Source: Felis catus | Taxonomy: Eukaryota | NCBI RefSeq assembly: GCF_018350175.1 | Contig: NC_058368.1 | Span: 56,670,001 to 56,734,000 of the forward strand | DNA: 64,000 bases | Direction of reading: 5' to 3' | Shown here: piece after piece, positions 1 through 13,248 of the stretch | Layout: each line of letters opens with the position of its first letter | How positions within the stretch are numbered: the first letter of the stretch is position 1 | Notes under the pieces: generated by a model | What the model saw: only the letters and a program-made list of their open reading frames with translations | Database searches by the model: none | Told to the model about the DNA's origin: nothing | Program-made: the position numbers and the translations under genes

Positions 1-1278
1 GTTTTTCTGGACTTTTTAAGCATATCGTTTAACTGTCATGGAAGGAACAATTAATATATTTATATTCTCACTTTTATACAGGCCAGGATTTGAAAAGTCT
101 GTCAGACTGCAGTGCTCTTAAAATTTTCACTACTCTAACATTTAGATCTAATGCTTCATGGAGAAAGCTCTCTCACAAAAAGTGTGATTTGGCAGACTAG
201 CCGTTCTCCTTGGTTTCTTCTAAATGCACTAAGCCTCATTTTGTTGGTTTGGAAGAGTTCTGATTGTTTTCATGGCTGCTCTTAACCGTATCAGCCATAT
301 CAGTCTAATTCGGATCTGATTTTCAGCAAATAGTTTTTTAGCTTTGTATATCCTTCATATTCTGCTGTATTCCTTTGTATTGCTCTTGTTTTCTGGTTTT
401 TAATTGCTTAATTACTCATAACAATGAGCATCATTCCACCTATTTAACCATATTTTTGCAGAATTTACCTTGTTCTTTTAAACATCACAAAATATTATAA
501 AAATATAGTAATATTTAAAAGCTGCAACACATTAATGGTTTCCTAGGGTATAAGCTAAAATATTCGTAAAGATTCTCAATATATAGATCATTCCGAACTA
601 GACAATAGAAGAAAACATTTATAGATTTTCTTGGGCGGGGGGCAGAAAGGCATATTGCAGACAGATATTCCCAGTGTTAAAGCCTATATTTAGGTGATGA
701 ATAATTTTCACCAGATTATTATGTGTTCTAAAAAAAAGACAAAATCCAGAGCTATCCACCTGTGGAATTCAATCATTTAAAATACAGCAAAGTTCTCTGC
801 TCCTCACTGCAAATGTCTTTCCAGGGTGATTTTACTGTGGTGACATTTGGCTGAAATGAGACCATTGGGATCCAAACATACTCCCAAATGTGAGTAAAAT
901 TTTTGCTTTCAAAATGTTAACGTGTTTTCCAGCTCTTTCGTATCATTCATACTGAAAATGAAAGCACAGTTTTCTTGATATTTCTGCCAACAGGACCTAA
1001 TTTTAAGTATTTAATTTTCTGAATGTACGTTACCCTTCTAATGTAAGCGTAGAATTAGAATCATAGAAAAAAATGGCTTAAAAAGCCTTTGAGAGTTCAC
1101 CAAATTTATCTGCCTGTTTCAAATTATTTGGCCTCCTCACCAATCTGGGCATATATTTATTTACATTCTCTTAAGGGAAACATCTCCAGAGAAGAATATT
1201 ACATAAGCAAACAAAATCCCCAAAGAACAATCCCTGAGAAGTTTCTGTAATTCCTCTTTTTAAACTTCTCTCCCCCTC

Positions 1279-1333
1279 CCTCCTTTCCTCCACACCTGCC
1301 TCTCTCTCTCTTTCTCACATGCACACACACACT

Positions 1334-1379
<46 letters not shown>
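1279..1379. repeat. Compound (CT)n/(CA)n microsatellite
   Basis: CT-rich tract followed by a long CA run (perfect from ~1337 to 1379). Confidence 0.95.
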
Positions 1380-1383
<4 letters not shown>

Positions 1384-3070
1384 CCTTTTCTAAGATGTGT
1401 TCTGATACTTCCTTTCCTTTCTTTTCTCTTCATGTTTCTCTCTTCTCTCCTCACATTAATGAGGTATAGTAACAGTACAGTTTGAAAATTACATCTTTAA
1501 GACACTGACGATGATTTGGTAATTTATAGAGACACACACGCACACACACACACTCCCACATTTCAGTGAGTCTAATAGCTTTATGCCAATTGCCATCTTT
1601 ATAGCTAACATGATTACACTTGATGAAAAATGCTCACCTATAAGCAGCCAGACCTCAAAAAGCAAAAAGGACTTCCCTTTATTCATTCCTTCTGTACGTG
1701 TTAGTACCTTATTTTTTTCAGGTTGGTTTTAAAGAGTAGCGTTGGACAAGGCTGATATTGAATATGTCTTTAACCTCAAAATACATGTACAGTATATTGT
1801 TTTCTCTTTAAATCTGTGTTATTACTCTTGGTTAATTCAGAATTTGCTCCTCTGAAATCAAGAAAATAAGTGATTAAAAGCTGACATATTATAAACTATA
1901 TATTTCTGTGCATTTGTTTTAACTTACTAGTTTTGCTAGAATTGCCAGAGTTGAGAGATATGAAGAAGACAAATGCAGTGGTGTTTTGATTGAAAATTTA
2001 TCATTTGAGCGCATACAACTAAAATAAATTATGTCCTTAAAAGTGTTGCATTCTTTTGGAAATGATACCATGGTAGAATGGTAATTCAAACACGTGAATA
2101 ATATTCATGGACTAGGCAGTAAAGTTATTTATTTTTCATAGTTCTTTCTTTACCTTGACCTATGTTTAATATTTAAGAATTATTTTTTTGCCAACATTAT
2201 AATATTACCTTCCTTCTTTATAGAGATAGAGATTAAATTTATCAATTAGAAATCCCCATCCTGTATTTCCTAGAAGAATGATAACCTTATTAGAAGAATA
2301 TAATGCATTTGAATTGACTTGAATATAATTAAATTTAACTGCAGCCTGTGGTTTTTTTTTCCTTTAAACAAACACTTACAAACGGAAAATTATGTGAAAG
2401 GAAAACATTTGTGTATGGTTGTTTCTGTACCATGATCTCTGAAATGTGATTTGAAACTCCATAGTGCAATTTATTCAATCTAAGCAAAAGTAACTATTTA
2501 TGGTTTAAGAAATGGACTATTTATTTTTGCCACTGTTCAAAGATTATTTATTTAAGTTATAAATTAATCAAAACTGTCTTTGAGAATATTCACCTTCATT
2601 TTTATAAATTAGTTTCCTAAAATAGTGCAAATGTACAAGCAAAAACATTTCTAATTTCTTGTAAAATAAAAATTCATTCAGTACTTACGGAGTTAAGTTT
2701 GAGTTTTACCAATAAGATGATTATCTTAGTAATAATTTTCTCATGGACAATAACTCCAAAGAGAATGACATAATTTGACTGCTTAAACATTTTTGAAACA
2801 TATGAACTTTTAATGTTGGGATGCATTTTTCTTTGTATGTATATTATACTTTCTGTGAAACATGAAACACAAAGATTATACTTGCCACATATTATATCTA
2901 ATCATCTTTTTCTCAGATTAATTACATAATGAATCAGATACAGTAAATTAAAATATACTGAAAAAAATAAAAATAGAATTAAACTCTACTTTTAAAAAAG
3001 TTGCACAGCACAGACAGCAGTGACAGATCTTCCCCAACCCTTAGGCAGATGGAACAGGGATGATGGTACT

Positions 3071-3530
3071 TTTTAAAAAAAAATTATTTATTTAAATTCA
3101 AGTTAGTTAACATAGCATATAGTATTAGTTTCAGGAGTAAAACCTAGTGATTCATCAATTGCATATAATACCCAGTGCTCATCCCAACAAATGCCCTCCT
3201 TAATGCACATCACGCATTCTTATCCCCTGCCCACCTCCCTTTCAGCAACCCTCAGTTCTCTGTATTTAAGAGTCTCTTATGGTTTGCCTCCCTCCCTGTT
3301 TTTATCTTATTTTTCCTTCACTTACTCTATGTTCATCTGTTTTGTTTCTTAAATTCCACATAGGAGTGAAATCATATGATAATCTTTCTCTCACTGACTT
3401 ATTTCACTTAGCATATATACTCTAGTTCTAACCATGTTGTTGCACATGGCAAGATTTCATTCTTTTTGGTCACCCAGTAATATTCCATTGTGTGTGTGTA
3501 TGTATGTGTGTGTGTATATATATGTTTTTT
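3071..3530 (-). mobile_element. Carnivore L1 3' end (L1_Carn/L1_Fc-like), 5'-truncated
   Basis: Antisense L1 3'UTR motifs 'tagtattagtttcaggag...acccagtgctcatccc...ttccacataggagtgaaatcatatgat...gacttatttcacttagcat...tattccattg', ending in a TG/TA tract. Confidence 0.9.
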
Positions 3531-5540
3531 ATGGGATGGTGTATTTTTATTTTGTATTGCCCTTTCTGGTTTTCCTTACACGCATGTTGATGAACTACAG
3601 GAAGGAGGTCACAAGAAAGACTGAGCAGCCAGTACTTTGAATCCTGTCACTAAAGAAATGTGCCTGCTTGCCACTCTTGTTCTCACTCACTTTGCCTATT
3701 TCCAATTTTGTGTCCAGTTTCCACAGACGATGGGGCTGCCCTCCCCCCAGCAAACCCAGCTTGATTCCATGCTTGTCTTGAGTAGTAGTTTTGCTCAGTA
3801 GGTCTTGTCCCAGCTTCCTACACACATGCTCTCTGATGGAAAGGTGCCTATGTTATTCCTAGATGAAGCTCTTTGGGATACTTTCCCTAGCTTCCCTGCT
3901 GATCCAAGGTCACCCAGCACAGTGGGTTGGGTGAAAAGAGCCCTGACACTGCCTTTTGAGGAGCAAGCTTGGAAGGTGGGGGCTTCTTTCCCCCCACTGT
4001 CACCTTCTGCCTCATCAGGTCCTTAGCAGCTGGGCCAGTGTCCTCACAGGTCTTAGGGCCACCTACTCTATCGTTTTGTACAGGTTAAACTCTAGGGTCT
4101 CCATTTATGGTCATTTTGTCTGAATCTCTACCTCACTCTTTAATGATACCAGCTGTTTTCAGCCATTTTCCGTAATGTTGCTGACGGACTATGTGGGGAG
4201 AGGAAGGAAAGATAAATCTATAAATATATTTTTTGAAGTAAAATCTTTAATAAAGTGTTGCTTTTCTTTGAAGAGAATAACTCTGTTTTAAAAAAAATTA
4301 TAAAGCTTTCTTTATGTAACTAATTTTTACAATTGTTGCTCAGGTTCAGTCTGCTATTGTTTTCCTCCATTTGTATTCTTACTCACAAAGGCTTGCTGTG
4401 CCTTTGCCTTCGTTTAATCTTTTGATGTCTAGTTTAATCCTTACCATTCCCTTGCTGCTTCCGCCTACATTGATCTCTCTTTTGCTAGTCTCTTATAGCA
4501 CTGGCTGATTAATTGTGTGTTACTGTCTTTCAATATATGTTGTAATTAGCTAAGCTAAGGTAAGAATCATTAGAAAATAAGTCAATCTGAAATATAATGA
4601 CATTTTTATTTTTCATTTTATTTTGCATAAATTTTCCTCTTCTCACTCAAATTTTTCACTATTATTATTGTTAAATGTTAAGGCTCACTGTTATGAGCCT
4701 TTAATTAGGAAACTTCCCCCAAAGCTAATATTAGTCAATATTAGAACACATGGTGCTTCTTGAACTTTGGCATCAAAAAAATTAATAATTTACCCTGAAT
4801 GACATCTCTAGTCATCATTAGGCAGGGAATTTCTAGTTTTATTGCTCTCTGTGTGAATTGTGGCAATGAACTACTAAATCACGGTCACCTCAGGTTATAT
4901 GTCTTCTTCTTTTTATTTTTTTTCTTTAGAACAACACATTAAGCAACTCAATTCAAATTATGTGTCATTCTAATTGGAACTGGAGAGCAATTAACTTTTG
5001 TGTGGCAAAATGTCAAGTAGTTTTTTTTTTTAACTCATCAAAAGGAATACTTCAAGAGAAGTCTATAGTTTCATATAAATTACAATTGTTGCTACCATTG
5101 CTCTCTGTTTCAATTAGTTTGTGAACTACTTTAAGTATGGCTAAGGATAACAACTAGGAAATTGAAGAAGCAACAACTGTGTTTTGCCTTTTGGCATGAC
5201 ATCACTTCTTAAGACTCCAAATCAGTGCAAATTCTGATTCAAGTAAATAGATTTTCCCAGTTTTATAAAAAAAGAAACTATAACATGCCCAAGTTGTATA
5301 TCTTTTTCGCCTCAGTCCGATATCCCCAAATTTATATTAATGAAATCTACTTATGTGGTTGCCCACATAATTGTGGTTCATAAACCAGCACAATAAATCT
5401 AAAACAGAAGAACTAAATAACAGACAAGAAATTGAATAAGCAAGATATATATTATCTTTCTCCACTTCATAATTGAATATATTCCCTAGATCCATGTAAA
5501 TTATAATTCAAAGTAATCTTTTACAAAACTATAGAACTTT

Positions 5541-5588
5541 TTCTTTTTTTCTTCCCTTTTCTTCTTTCTTTCTTTCTTTCTTTCTTTT

Positions 5589-5636
<48 letters not shown>

Positions 5637-5652
5637 TTCTCCTTTCTCTTTC
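5541..5652. repeat. (CTTT)n tetranucleotide microsatellite in a pyrimidine tract
   Basis: Direct observation. Confidence 0.95.
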
Positions 5653-6273
5653 TGCTTATGCTTATGTTCCTATTACAGTATAATATTAAAAACTTCTGAT
5701 TTATTTAATTTAGTGACAAAGTGGAGAAATGCGATGAAAAATATATTTCCTAATAGACCCAAATATTTTTAGTTCCTCTGTGAAAGAAAGCCAAATTTGG
5801 ATAAACCTGTGTTCAATAATTAGTGTTTCTGTACTTTATCTCTTGGAAATGATTTAGATGTTAAATGAATATACATCACTTAACTTATCTCAGTGTAACT
5901 TTAATGGTTCAACTTACCAAAAAGATTTCAGAAACGATGTTTAAATAGATATACTATAAAGCATAATCATTGTTGACTAGTTCATTTATAAACTTTATCC
6001 ACTTATATCTATTTATATACTTAATCATAGCAATCATGTTTAGATTATTCATGGAAATTTCATAAGACCTTATACAGGCATCATCTTAACTTAATCTTTC
6101 TTGCTGATAAATTCTGTAACAGAGGTAATAAGAGCTTATTTGACTTCTAGTAAACCTAGGTAGAATAAAAGCTGTATGGCCACATTATATTTAGTGATGA
6201 TGACTCTAAAGACATTCCTGGTTTAATTAAACCAACAAATTTAAACCAGCTTTTATTTACTGAAAATTATTCT

Positions 6274-6480
6274 AGCGTGCCTGAGTGGTTCAGTCAGTTA
6301 AGCATCGACTGTTGATTTCAGTTCAGGTCATGATCTCATGGTTCCTGAGCTCAAGCCCCTCATTGGGCTCTGTGCTGACAGTGCAAAGCCTGCTTGGGAT
6401 TCTCTCTCTCCCTCTCTCTCTGCCTGTCTTCTGCTTGTGCTCTCTGTTCTCAAAATAAAAAAATAAATGAACTTAAAAAA
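6274..6480 (+). mobile_element. Carnivore SINE (SINEC, older felid subfamily)
   Basis: tRNA-like head 'gcgtgcctgagtggttcagtcagttaagc', 'gcctgcttgggattctctc', CT tract, A-rich tail. Confidence 0.95.
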
Positions 6481-6709
6481 ATATTACCCCAGATCACATG
6501 AATTTGAAAAATATCTGAGTTAGTGTTTATATTTCTAAGACTATGTTTAATTTATATAAATGCTTAATTTTCTTTAAGCAAAGTAAATAGAGCTCTCTAC
6601 AAATTAATTTCAGCAGTGCCATCCAGAGGTGGAACAATATCACACGTTTATAACATACATCCATAGACATAGATAAGCATGCAAATACAAACAGAAATCT
6701 TACAGTTTT

Positions 6710-6918
6710 GGGGAGTCTTGGTGGCTCAGTCAGTTCCGTGTCCGACTTTGGCTCAGGTTATGATCTCACAGTCCATGAGTTCAAGCCCTACATTGGGCTC
6801 TGTGCTGACAGCTCAGAGCCTGTTGCCTGCTTCAGATTCTGTCTCCCAATCTCTCTGCCCCTCCCCCACTCAAACTCTGTCTCTCTCTCAAAAATAAAGT
6901 AAAAACATAAAAAAAATT
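6710..6918 (+). mobile_element. Carnivore SINE (SINEC_Fc2-like)
   Basis: Full head-body-(CT)n-A tail; degenerate TSD agaaatcttacagtttt / agaaatcgtatggtttt. Confidence 0.95.
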
Positions 6919-7069
6919 AGAAATCGTATGGTTTTTGTTTTAAAAACTTAGCCATGACACAAATGTTATAATGCAAAACTCGCTAGTTGATAAAAGAACA
7001 GTTTGATCCAGATTATGTTTCTGGCAATGGAATAAGTTAAGGTTAACTCATAAGATACCTTATAGTTTT

Positions 7070-7271
7070 GGGGTGCCTGGCTGACTCAGTTGGTTAAGCG
7101 TCTAACTCTTGGGTTCAGCTCATGTCATGATCTCATTGTTTGTGGGTTCATACCCCTGCATCAGGCTCTGCACTGACTAGGGCAGAGACTGCTTGGGATT
7201 CTCTCTCTGCACCTTCCATCCTCTCTCTCTGTCTCTCTCTCAAGATAAACAAATAAACTTTAAAAAAAAAA
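7070..7271 (+). mobile_element. Carnivore SINE
   Basis: 'ggggtgcctggctgactcagttggttaagcg' head, CT tract, A tail. Confidence 0.95.
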
Positions 7272-9070
7272 GCTTAAATGTTTTACTATTATTTATGGAG
7301 AAGACTTTTATGATTTCTTTCATTTGCCTAGCTTCCAAATAGACTCTTCTTTTTGTTCCCTTTGGTAAGAATTAGCTAATTTCCCGGAGAGGACCAGGAA
7401 GAACATTTATGTCTCAAAGGCACAGAGAAAGCATACAAGTTCTTCCAAGAAGGACTTTTGTTTTCAAAGGCCAGAATTTTTGCAGTACCTGCAAGCCTTC
7501 TGAAATGAATAGGGGAAGTTTGAGAATTGGTAAAAAGGATAAGTATTTTTTTTATTTTTTGATTATTTTTGTTTCCATTGTTGTAAAGACTCAATTTATA
7601 AGACAAGTTGTACAGGTTGTTCTCAGTTTGTAAGAGTGTTTGTAATTCCTCAAAGATTGGATTATAACCTGAATGATATCAAGGGTCACCAAACAAATAT
7701 ATTATCTTCAATTTCCTTATTTGTCTCAGGAGAAGATCTTTAACTAAAATAGAAATCAAAATATTTCCATGTTCTAGATTTAGAATTGTTTGTCTTTGAA
7801 ATGTTTTCTTTCCCTCTGGGTACATAATTTCATTGTAGCCAGGGAAAAAGACCTAAAATGTTTCTATCAGGCTCTGAATATCAACTTACAACTTGGCCAA
7901 CTTCTGACCATAGAGTTACTTAAAAAAAAATCCTTTTAAGTGTCTTGTCAAGTTTTAGCAAAGACAAACAGTAAATATCCCTAGAAGTATTGAATGACAC
8001 CTTAGATGCAAGAGGCATCCCCAAAGAGGATGCAAAAAGTACTACCCTCCCAAGTTCCAGAACCACTCTCAAAAATTGTCAAAAGAAAGAAAAGCAGACA
8101 ATTCTGAGAGCTGCCAACAATCAGTCAAATTCTAGCTTCGAGTGAAGTGCAATATGCATTTCTGTTGGCCATATCTAGCTGCAAGTGGAGTTGAACCCAC
8201 ATTTCTGTCTGATTATATCTTTGGGCCCCCAAACTGATGGTTCAGTTGCCTGAATATACAAGAACTGACAACCCATGTGTCCAGGCAGGCAGAAAACCAA
8301 GTCAAATTCTCAGGATACAAAATAAAACAAACAAGAAGGTAGTAACTGTCCCTGGGAGAGAAATAATCAGCAACAAATGGGCACCTCAGAACCATAACTC
8401 ACAAGAGTCTAGATGCAGAAAGGAAAGGATAACATGAAATTTTACCTTCCTTTCTCTATCAGGCACTACAGATATCAAGGGAATTGACTTTAGTAAGAAT
8501 TCTCTCACTTTACTGGCTTCTGCCAGTTTTCCCAGGATCCTTTCTGTAAGCTCTGAAGTGAGTAGGGTTTAAAGAAGACAGTTTGGGTCTGATATCTAAT
8601 AGAAATTGTCAAAGTTTTTTGTGATTTTTACTTTTAGTTTCCTGTTGATTATTTAAGAGAATAAGTGGTAGCAGTTACCAGAGAATTCCTCAGAGTCCTA
8701 TCAATCCTCGGAAGGGCCCATATGGGGGCCTCCTTTGAGGGTAGATGTGGGTGCATTCAATTTGGTGTCAAATGACTTGAAAAAATCTTGGAGGATAATC
8801 TTCTTTACCAGTGTTCATGTTGACTGCAAATGAGACCCTGATTCTGGGGTCAGTGTTTTGATTATGACCCCTAGGAGGGTGCAGAGAGGGAGGCCCACAT
8901 ATTTTAGGTTTCTGGCCTTGGAGCTGTTGTAGTTGTAGGGCACTAACTTAGGGGACTTTTATTTATGGCCTTGTAGTCTCTTCAGAGTAAAGAAATAATT
9001 CAGGTAATTGTAATCTTGTCAGAGTGAAGAGACAATTCAGGTAAGGATTAATAGACTGTGAGTACTCAGG

Positions 9071-9410
9071 TTAAGGATAAAGGGGAATAGTAGAACTCAC
9101 ATCAGTCTTATAGTCTTTTGTTTTAGGTAGTACTTTGTGTATTTGATATTTCATTAGCTTTTGTAATAAATATTTTAATAAAGCTATTTTGGAATCTTGA
9201 AAACTTTTGGAGCCTTCTGCATGCCAATTAAAATAAGTGTCCCATTTTGTTTGATTTGAAAACCTTGCTTTCAAGTGAACTTCTCAAGTGAATGATCTTT
9301 TCTAATTGAAACATTCTCTATCATCACCATTGTTTTAGTAAGATTTTACCATTTTTATAGATATCTACAGCTTCTAGGGTCACAGTTGTTAAACTGTGAT
9401 AAGCAGGTAT
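9071..9410 (-). pseudogene. Decayed ERV gag matrix-region remnant (frameshifted, with stops)
   Basis: Minus-strand translation gives '..RMFQLEKIIHLRSSLESK', then in a shifted frame 'QTKWDTYFNWHAEGSK...SSTIPLYP', resembling ERV1 gag N-termini (W-x-x-W-GTF-x-L-x-KI, WD-x-x-F-x-W, then a proline-rich PLYP); position just downstream of the LTR/leader fits. Confidence 0.6.
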
Positions 9411-10118
9411 GCTGAAAGGTTGAGCATTCAATTCATTAAAACTGAGGGTCTCATCTCTTTAACTAAATCTTTGGATCTCTTGGAGCCAGAATAATATCTA
9501 AGATGATGTGCCATTGTGATGAGGATTTTGTGGCATTTAAAAGTGTATCTTATTGCACAGAATAAATTTTCTTGAGATTGGTGGGTGACCCATTGTAAAT
9601 CTAACTCATTTCATGACCAACTTATCCTAGCATGGGGTGTAGGAGTTAGGTCGAGAGCATTCTCACAGTTTTTAAGTGCTTGACCCATGTCCACCAAGTT
9701 TGCAGTTTTGGCTTCCAAGATTCCCATTAGCAATAGATTTATTATTCCTTTCACTTGAGGATTTCTTTCTAGTGGCAGATACCATATTGACTTTTAGTAG
9801 TCTGACTTGTGCCTACTTAGATTTTGATTTTGATGGTCAAAACAGTCTGATATTTTTTTGTATTAATGTATTTCCCCAGGTCCCCCAGCAGCTTATGCTG
9901 TGCGCTTAACACAGCATAAGCTTTGTGAGTCCTTGAGGCTTTGTGAGTCCTGTAACAACTGCCATGCACTATGGACATTGGAATTCCTTCTTCTTGTGTC
10001 CTCTAGTGGTTGCAACCCATGTGGGCTCCCAGTGTAACCACCTTGCAGGTTCCAGAAACTTTTCTGGGAATTTTATTAAACCCCAGACCCTTCCCAGGAC
10101 CCCAGAACTTTTCTGGGA

Positions 10119-10370
10119 ATAATATATATATTTCATATATAGTTTTATATAGTTTACATATATATATAGTTTATATATATAGCTTATATGTATAGTTTAT
10201 ATATGTATAGTTTATATATCTAGTTTATATATATATGTAACTTTATGTATATACATATATAACTTTATATATATGTATATATAAAGCTATACATATATAT
10301 AAAGTTATATATATAAAGTTATATAAACTTTAAATATGTATAAATATTATCTATATATTTGTGTGTGTAT
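10119..10370. repeat. Degenerate (TA)-rich low-complexity tract
   Basis: Direct observation. Confidence 0.9.
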
Positions 10371-10446
10371 AGGCACCTTTCCTATGTGTCTCCTCCTGAA
10401 GGCCATTAGTGGTCAGCTTCGGACCCCATTTCTCATCTCCAAAAAC

Positions 10447-10840
10447 TGTTAAAAATGATTAAAGAAGACAGTTCAGGTGATTCAAAGAAACTTTATTTAA
10501 TACTTTATTACGTGAATAGTCTCTTTTCACAGACTTCCAAATGGGGCAGTAGGCAGGAAGCTCTTTTATAGGATAAAGAAAAAAGAACAGGAAGAGAAAA
10601 ATAGTAAAACAAAACAAAACAAAACAAAGAAAACTATTTTCTTGGGCCATATATATAGTCAACCTTGTTTGGAATAAGAAGACCCAGTGTTGGTTTGGCA
10701 TTTGGGGATTGGCTGTTTGACTGTGTTCATGGTCAAGTGCAGCATTTACAGCGTCATCTAAATTATCTAAGTTTCAATTTGATGACATGGCACCACCAGC
10801 AGTAGTGACTCCACCTTGGGCTTAGACAGTTATTTTGACA
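10447..10840 (-). mobile_element. ERV1-class LTR (5' LTR of the adjacent provirus remnant)
   Basis: TG...CA termini (tgttaaaa...ttttgaca); on the minus strand TATAAAAG (10563-10570) precedes AATAAA (~10492-10509), the U3-R-U5 order. Confidence 0.75.
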
Positions 10841-11229
10841 TATTTGATAATCTGGAGAAAAGTTTTGATTTAAAATCAAATATGTGAATATGAAAAATAG
10901 AATATGTAGCCTTATTATATTGATATACGAAGAGACACAATTGTTGATGACTTATTACAGGGTAACACCATGTAAGTATTATAGAAAAGCCAAAGTCGGA
11001 AGAATATGCTTCAATTCTGTGGTTAGTGTTCTTTCATATTTTTAATAAAGCTATTCACATTGTTATTTTATTAAGTTATTTTGTTTGGAAAATGTGTTTT
11101 TTAGCTATTAGTCCAATTTAATTTATTTTTCATTATAATTATACCTGTTTTGATCCAGTAAATAGGTAAACATTTTGAGACATAATGTAATCCATTTACT
11201 TAAAAAGAAGTAAGGAAAATCTTCCATTG

Positions 11230-11990
11230 ATTTATTCAATGTATATACATTGATCACTGATTTGGGGCAAATTATCTGGAAGGGTTAACAGTCAACCAAA
11301 AGTTTAGGCCCTCATCCCTAACAGGATGGATAGATATTTAACAATAAATTAAACAGTTTATGTATTAATTACATGTGTGGTGTGGTATTTAATAAAAGAA
11401 GTTCAGGTATATAAAATAGTGTATAATAAGGATCTGAAGTTGTCCTGATGGTCAGTAAAAAGTTCCCTGAAGTACAGTTTTAGTTGAGAGCTCAAAAATA
11501 TTGGGGCAGGCACGAGGCTGCATGTAAAACAATACAGGAAGAAGAAATGTGAGGAGGGGCGCCTGGGTGGCTAGTCAGTTGAGCGTCCGACTTCAGCTTG
11601 GGTCATGATCTCTCAGTTGACGAGTTCGAGCCCTGCATCGGGCTCTGTGCTGACAGCTCAGAGCCTGGAGCCTGCTTCTGATTCTGTGTCTCCCTCTTTC
11701 TCTGCCTCTCCCCAGCTCATGCTCTGTCTCTCTCTCTCTCTGCTCAAAAATAAAAATAAACATTAAAGATAAAAATAAAAAAAAAGAAATGTGAGGACAA
11801 AATACCTGAGGGAGGAAAATACTGCATCCATTACAGGAATTGAAAAAAAGGCAATAGGGTGGTTGAAAGTCTATAAATTACTGATAGATTGATGCTGGAA
11901 TAGAAGAGAAGGAGAAGCCAATTATTTAGGGAATTGTAAGCCAGGTTAGTAATTTGTCTCTTTATGTTAAGAACGATGAACAGAAAACAT
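11230..11990 (-). mobile_element. L2 relic (3' end), interrupted by a SINE
   Basis: 'atttattcaatgtatatacattgatcactga' L2-tail-like start and degenerate L2 body motifs. Confidence 0.5.
11556..11783 (+). mobile_element. SINEC_Fc2-like SINE
   Basis: Full length; perfect 14-bp TSD aagaaatgtgagga (11542-11555 / 11784-11797). Confidence 0.97.
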
Positions 11991-12009
11991 CTAAAGGTTC
12001 ATATTTATC

Positions 12010-12980
12010 AGAATTTTTCTTGAGGCACTTCTGTCTTATCTACACTTAAACTAAATTAGACATTAAGGGGAATTTATTGATTCACATTACTGAAAAATCT
12101 ATGATTCCTACGTGACTATGAAAGACTGAATTACACAACTGGACAATAGATAGACCATATGCAAAATAAAACTGACCCACAGTCTGCAGCAATCTGCCCA
12201 GTAAACCAACCCATCACCTGTAGTAACCAGCCCAGGAAGTCAGCCTGCCGTAAATCAGACTAGCAGGAGGCCAGATTGCTATCTCTACTGCTAATCCAGT
12301 AATCCTATAATAATTAGCCCAAAATGGTGAGGACTTGATGAATCACTAGAAGTTTCCCTAATTGTTGTCGCCATGTGCAATTTAGGACTGACCACAGAAA
12401 GCCAAATGTGCACCTCTAACCATTCCAATTAGCCGATCTACAATTGCTTCTTTCAGCATCCTCCAGTCAGAACAAACCTAAAGATTTCCCTTCCTTCCAA
12501 TATGAAGTTGTCTCACTTCATTGCCTGCCTTTGAGTCTCTGCCAGAGCTCAAGTGATGGTGACTGACTTCCTTGCTATAGCAAATCTGAGTAAATAGCTT
12601 TTGCTTGCTCTTATTTGGCTGACCTTAATTTATTTTCACCTGGATTCAGGTACTGACAGAACTGACAGTAATCTCCCTTTTTGTTCTCTCCTTATTTTTC
12701 CATCTCTCTGGTCAACTTTCTTCTACTTTCACAAGACCAAGCTGTCCACAAACAAGCTAGTATCAAGGCTAATATCACCCTACAGATACAAATCACAGAT
12801 AAACACTAATTATTTATCTAAAGACAGACACAAAAACATGTCCAGGGTGATCACAGTCTCATTTTAGCACACAGGTCCATTCCTGAACCAACAATAGTTT
12901 CCAAGCAGGTGATTTGTTACTGGGGTTCATAAGGTTACTTCTGTGTTGGATTACTATAGGAAATAAAATGATGCCTGGTT
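12010..12980 (-). mobile_element. Old MaLR LTR (MLT1K/L-like) split by an ERV1 solo LTR
   Basis: 'ggggaatttattgattcacattactgaaaaatc' and 'ggtccattcctgaaccaa' resemble MLT1K/L motifs either side of the 12119-12638 LTR. Confidence 0.45.
12119..12638 (+). mobile_element. Solo ERV1-class LTR (MER90/MER110-like; family uncertain)
   Basis: TG...CA termini; repeated 'cagcccaggaag' motifs, 'ttaggactgaccacagaaagccaaatgtgcacctctaacc', 'gcctgcctttgagtctctgcca', AGTAAA-type polyA signal near the 3' end. Confidence 0.75.
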
Positions 12981-13034
12981 TCATTTGAATTTTAAGTAAA
13001 CAACAAACACTTTTTATAAATGCAAGTGTGACTT

Positions 13035-13248
13035 GGGGCACCTGGGTGGCTCAATTGGTTTGAGTGTCCAACTTTGGCTCAGGTCATGATCTTGCATTTG
13101 TGGGTTTTCAGCCCCACGTTGGGCTCTGTGCTGACAACTCAGAGCCTGGAGCTTGCTTTGGATTCTGTACCTCCCTCTATCTCTGTCCCTCCCTTGCTCA
13201 TGTTCTGTCTCTCAAAAAATAAAATAAAACATTAAAAAATTAAAAAAA
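13035..13248 (+). mobile_element. SINEC_Fc2-like SINE
   Basis: Full structure; degenerate TSD ataaatgcaagtgtgact / ataaattcaagcatgact. Confidence 0.95.

Larger units (their letters stand above)
5740..10446 (-). mobile_element. ERV1-class (MER4/MER34-group-like) internal proviral region, degenerate and 3'-truncated, interrupted by three SINEs
   Basis: Abuts the LTR at 10447; carries a decayed gag matrix-like frame at ~9070-9410; AT-rich internal sequence resembles MER4-group internals; left boundary approximate. Confidence 0.65.
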
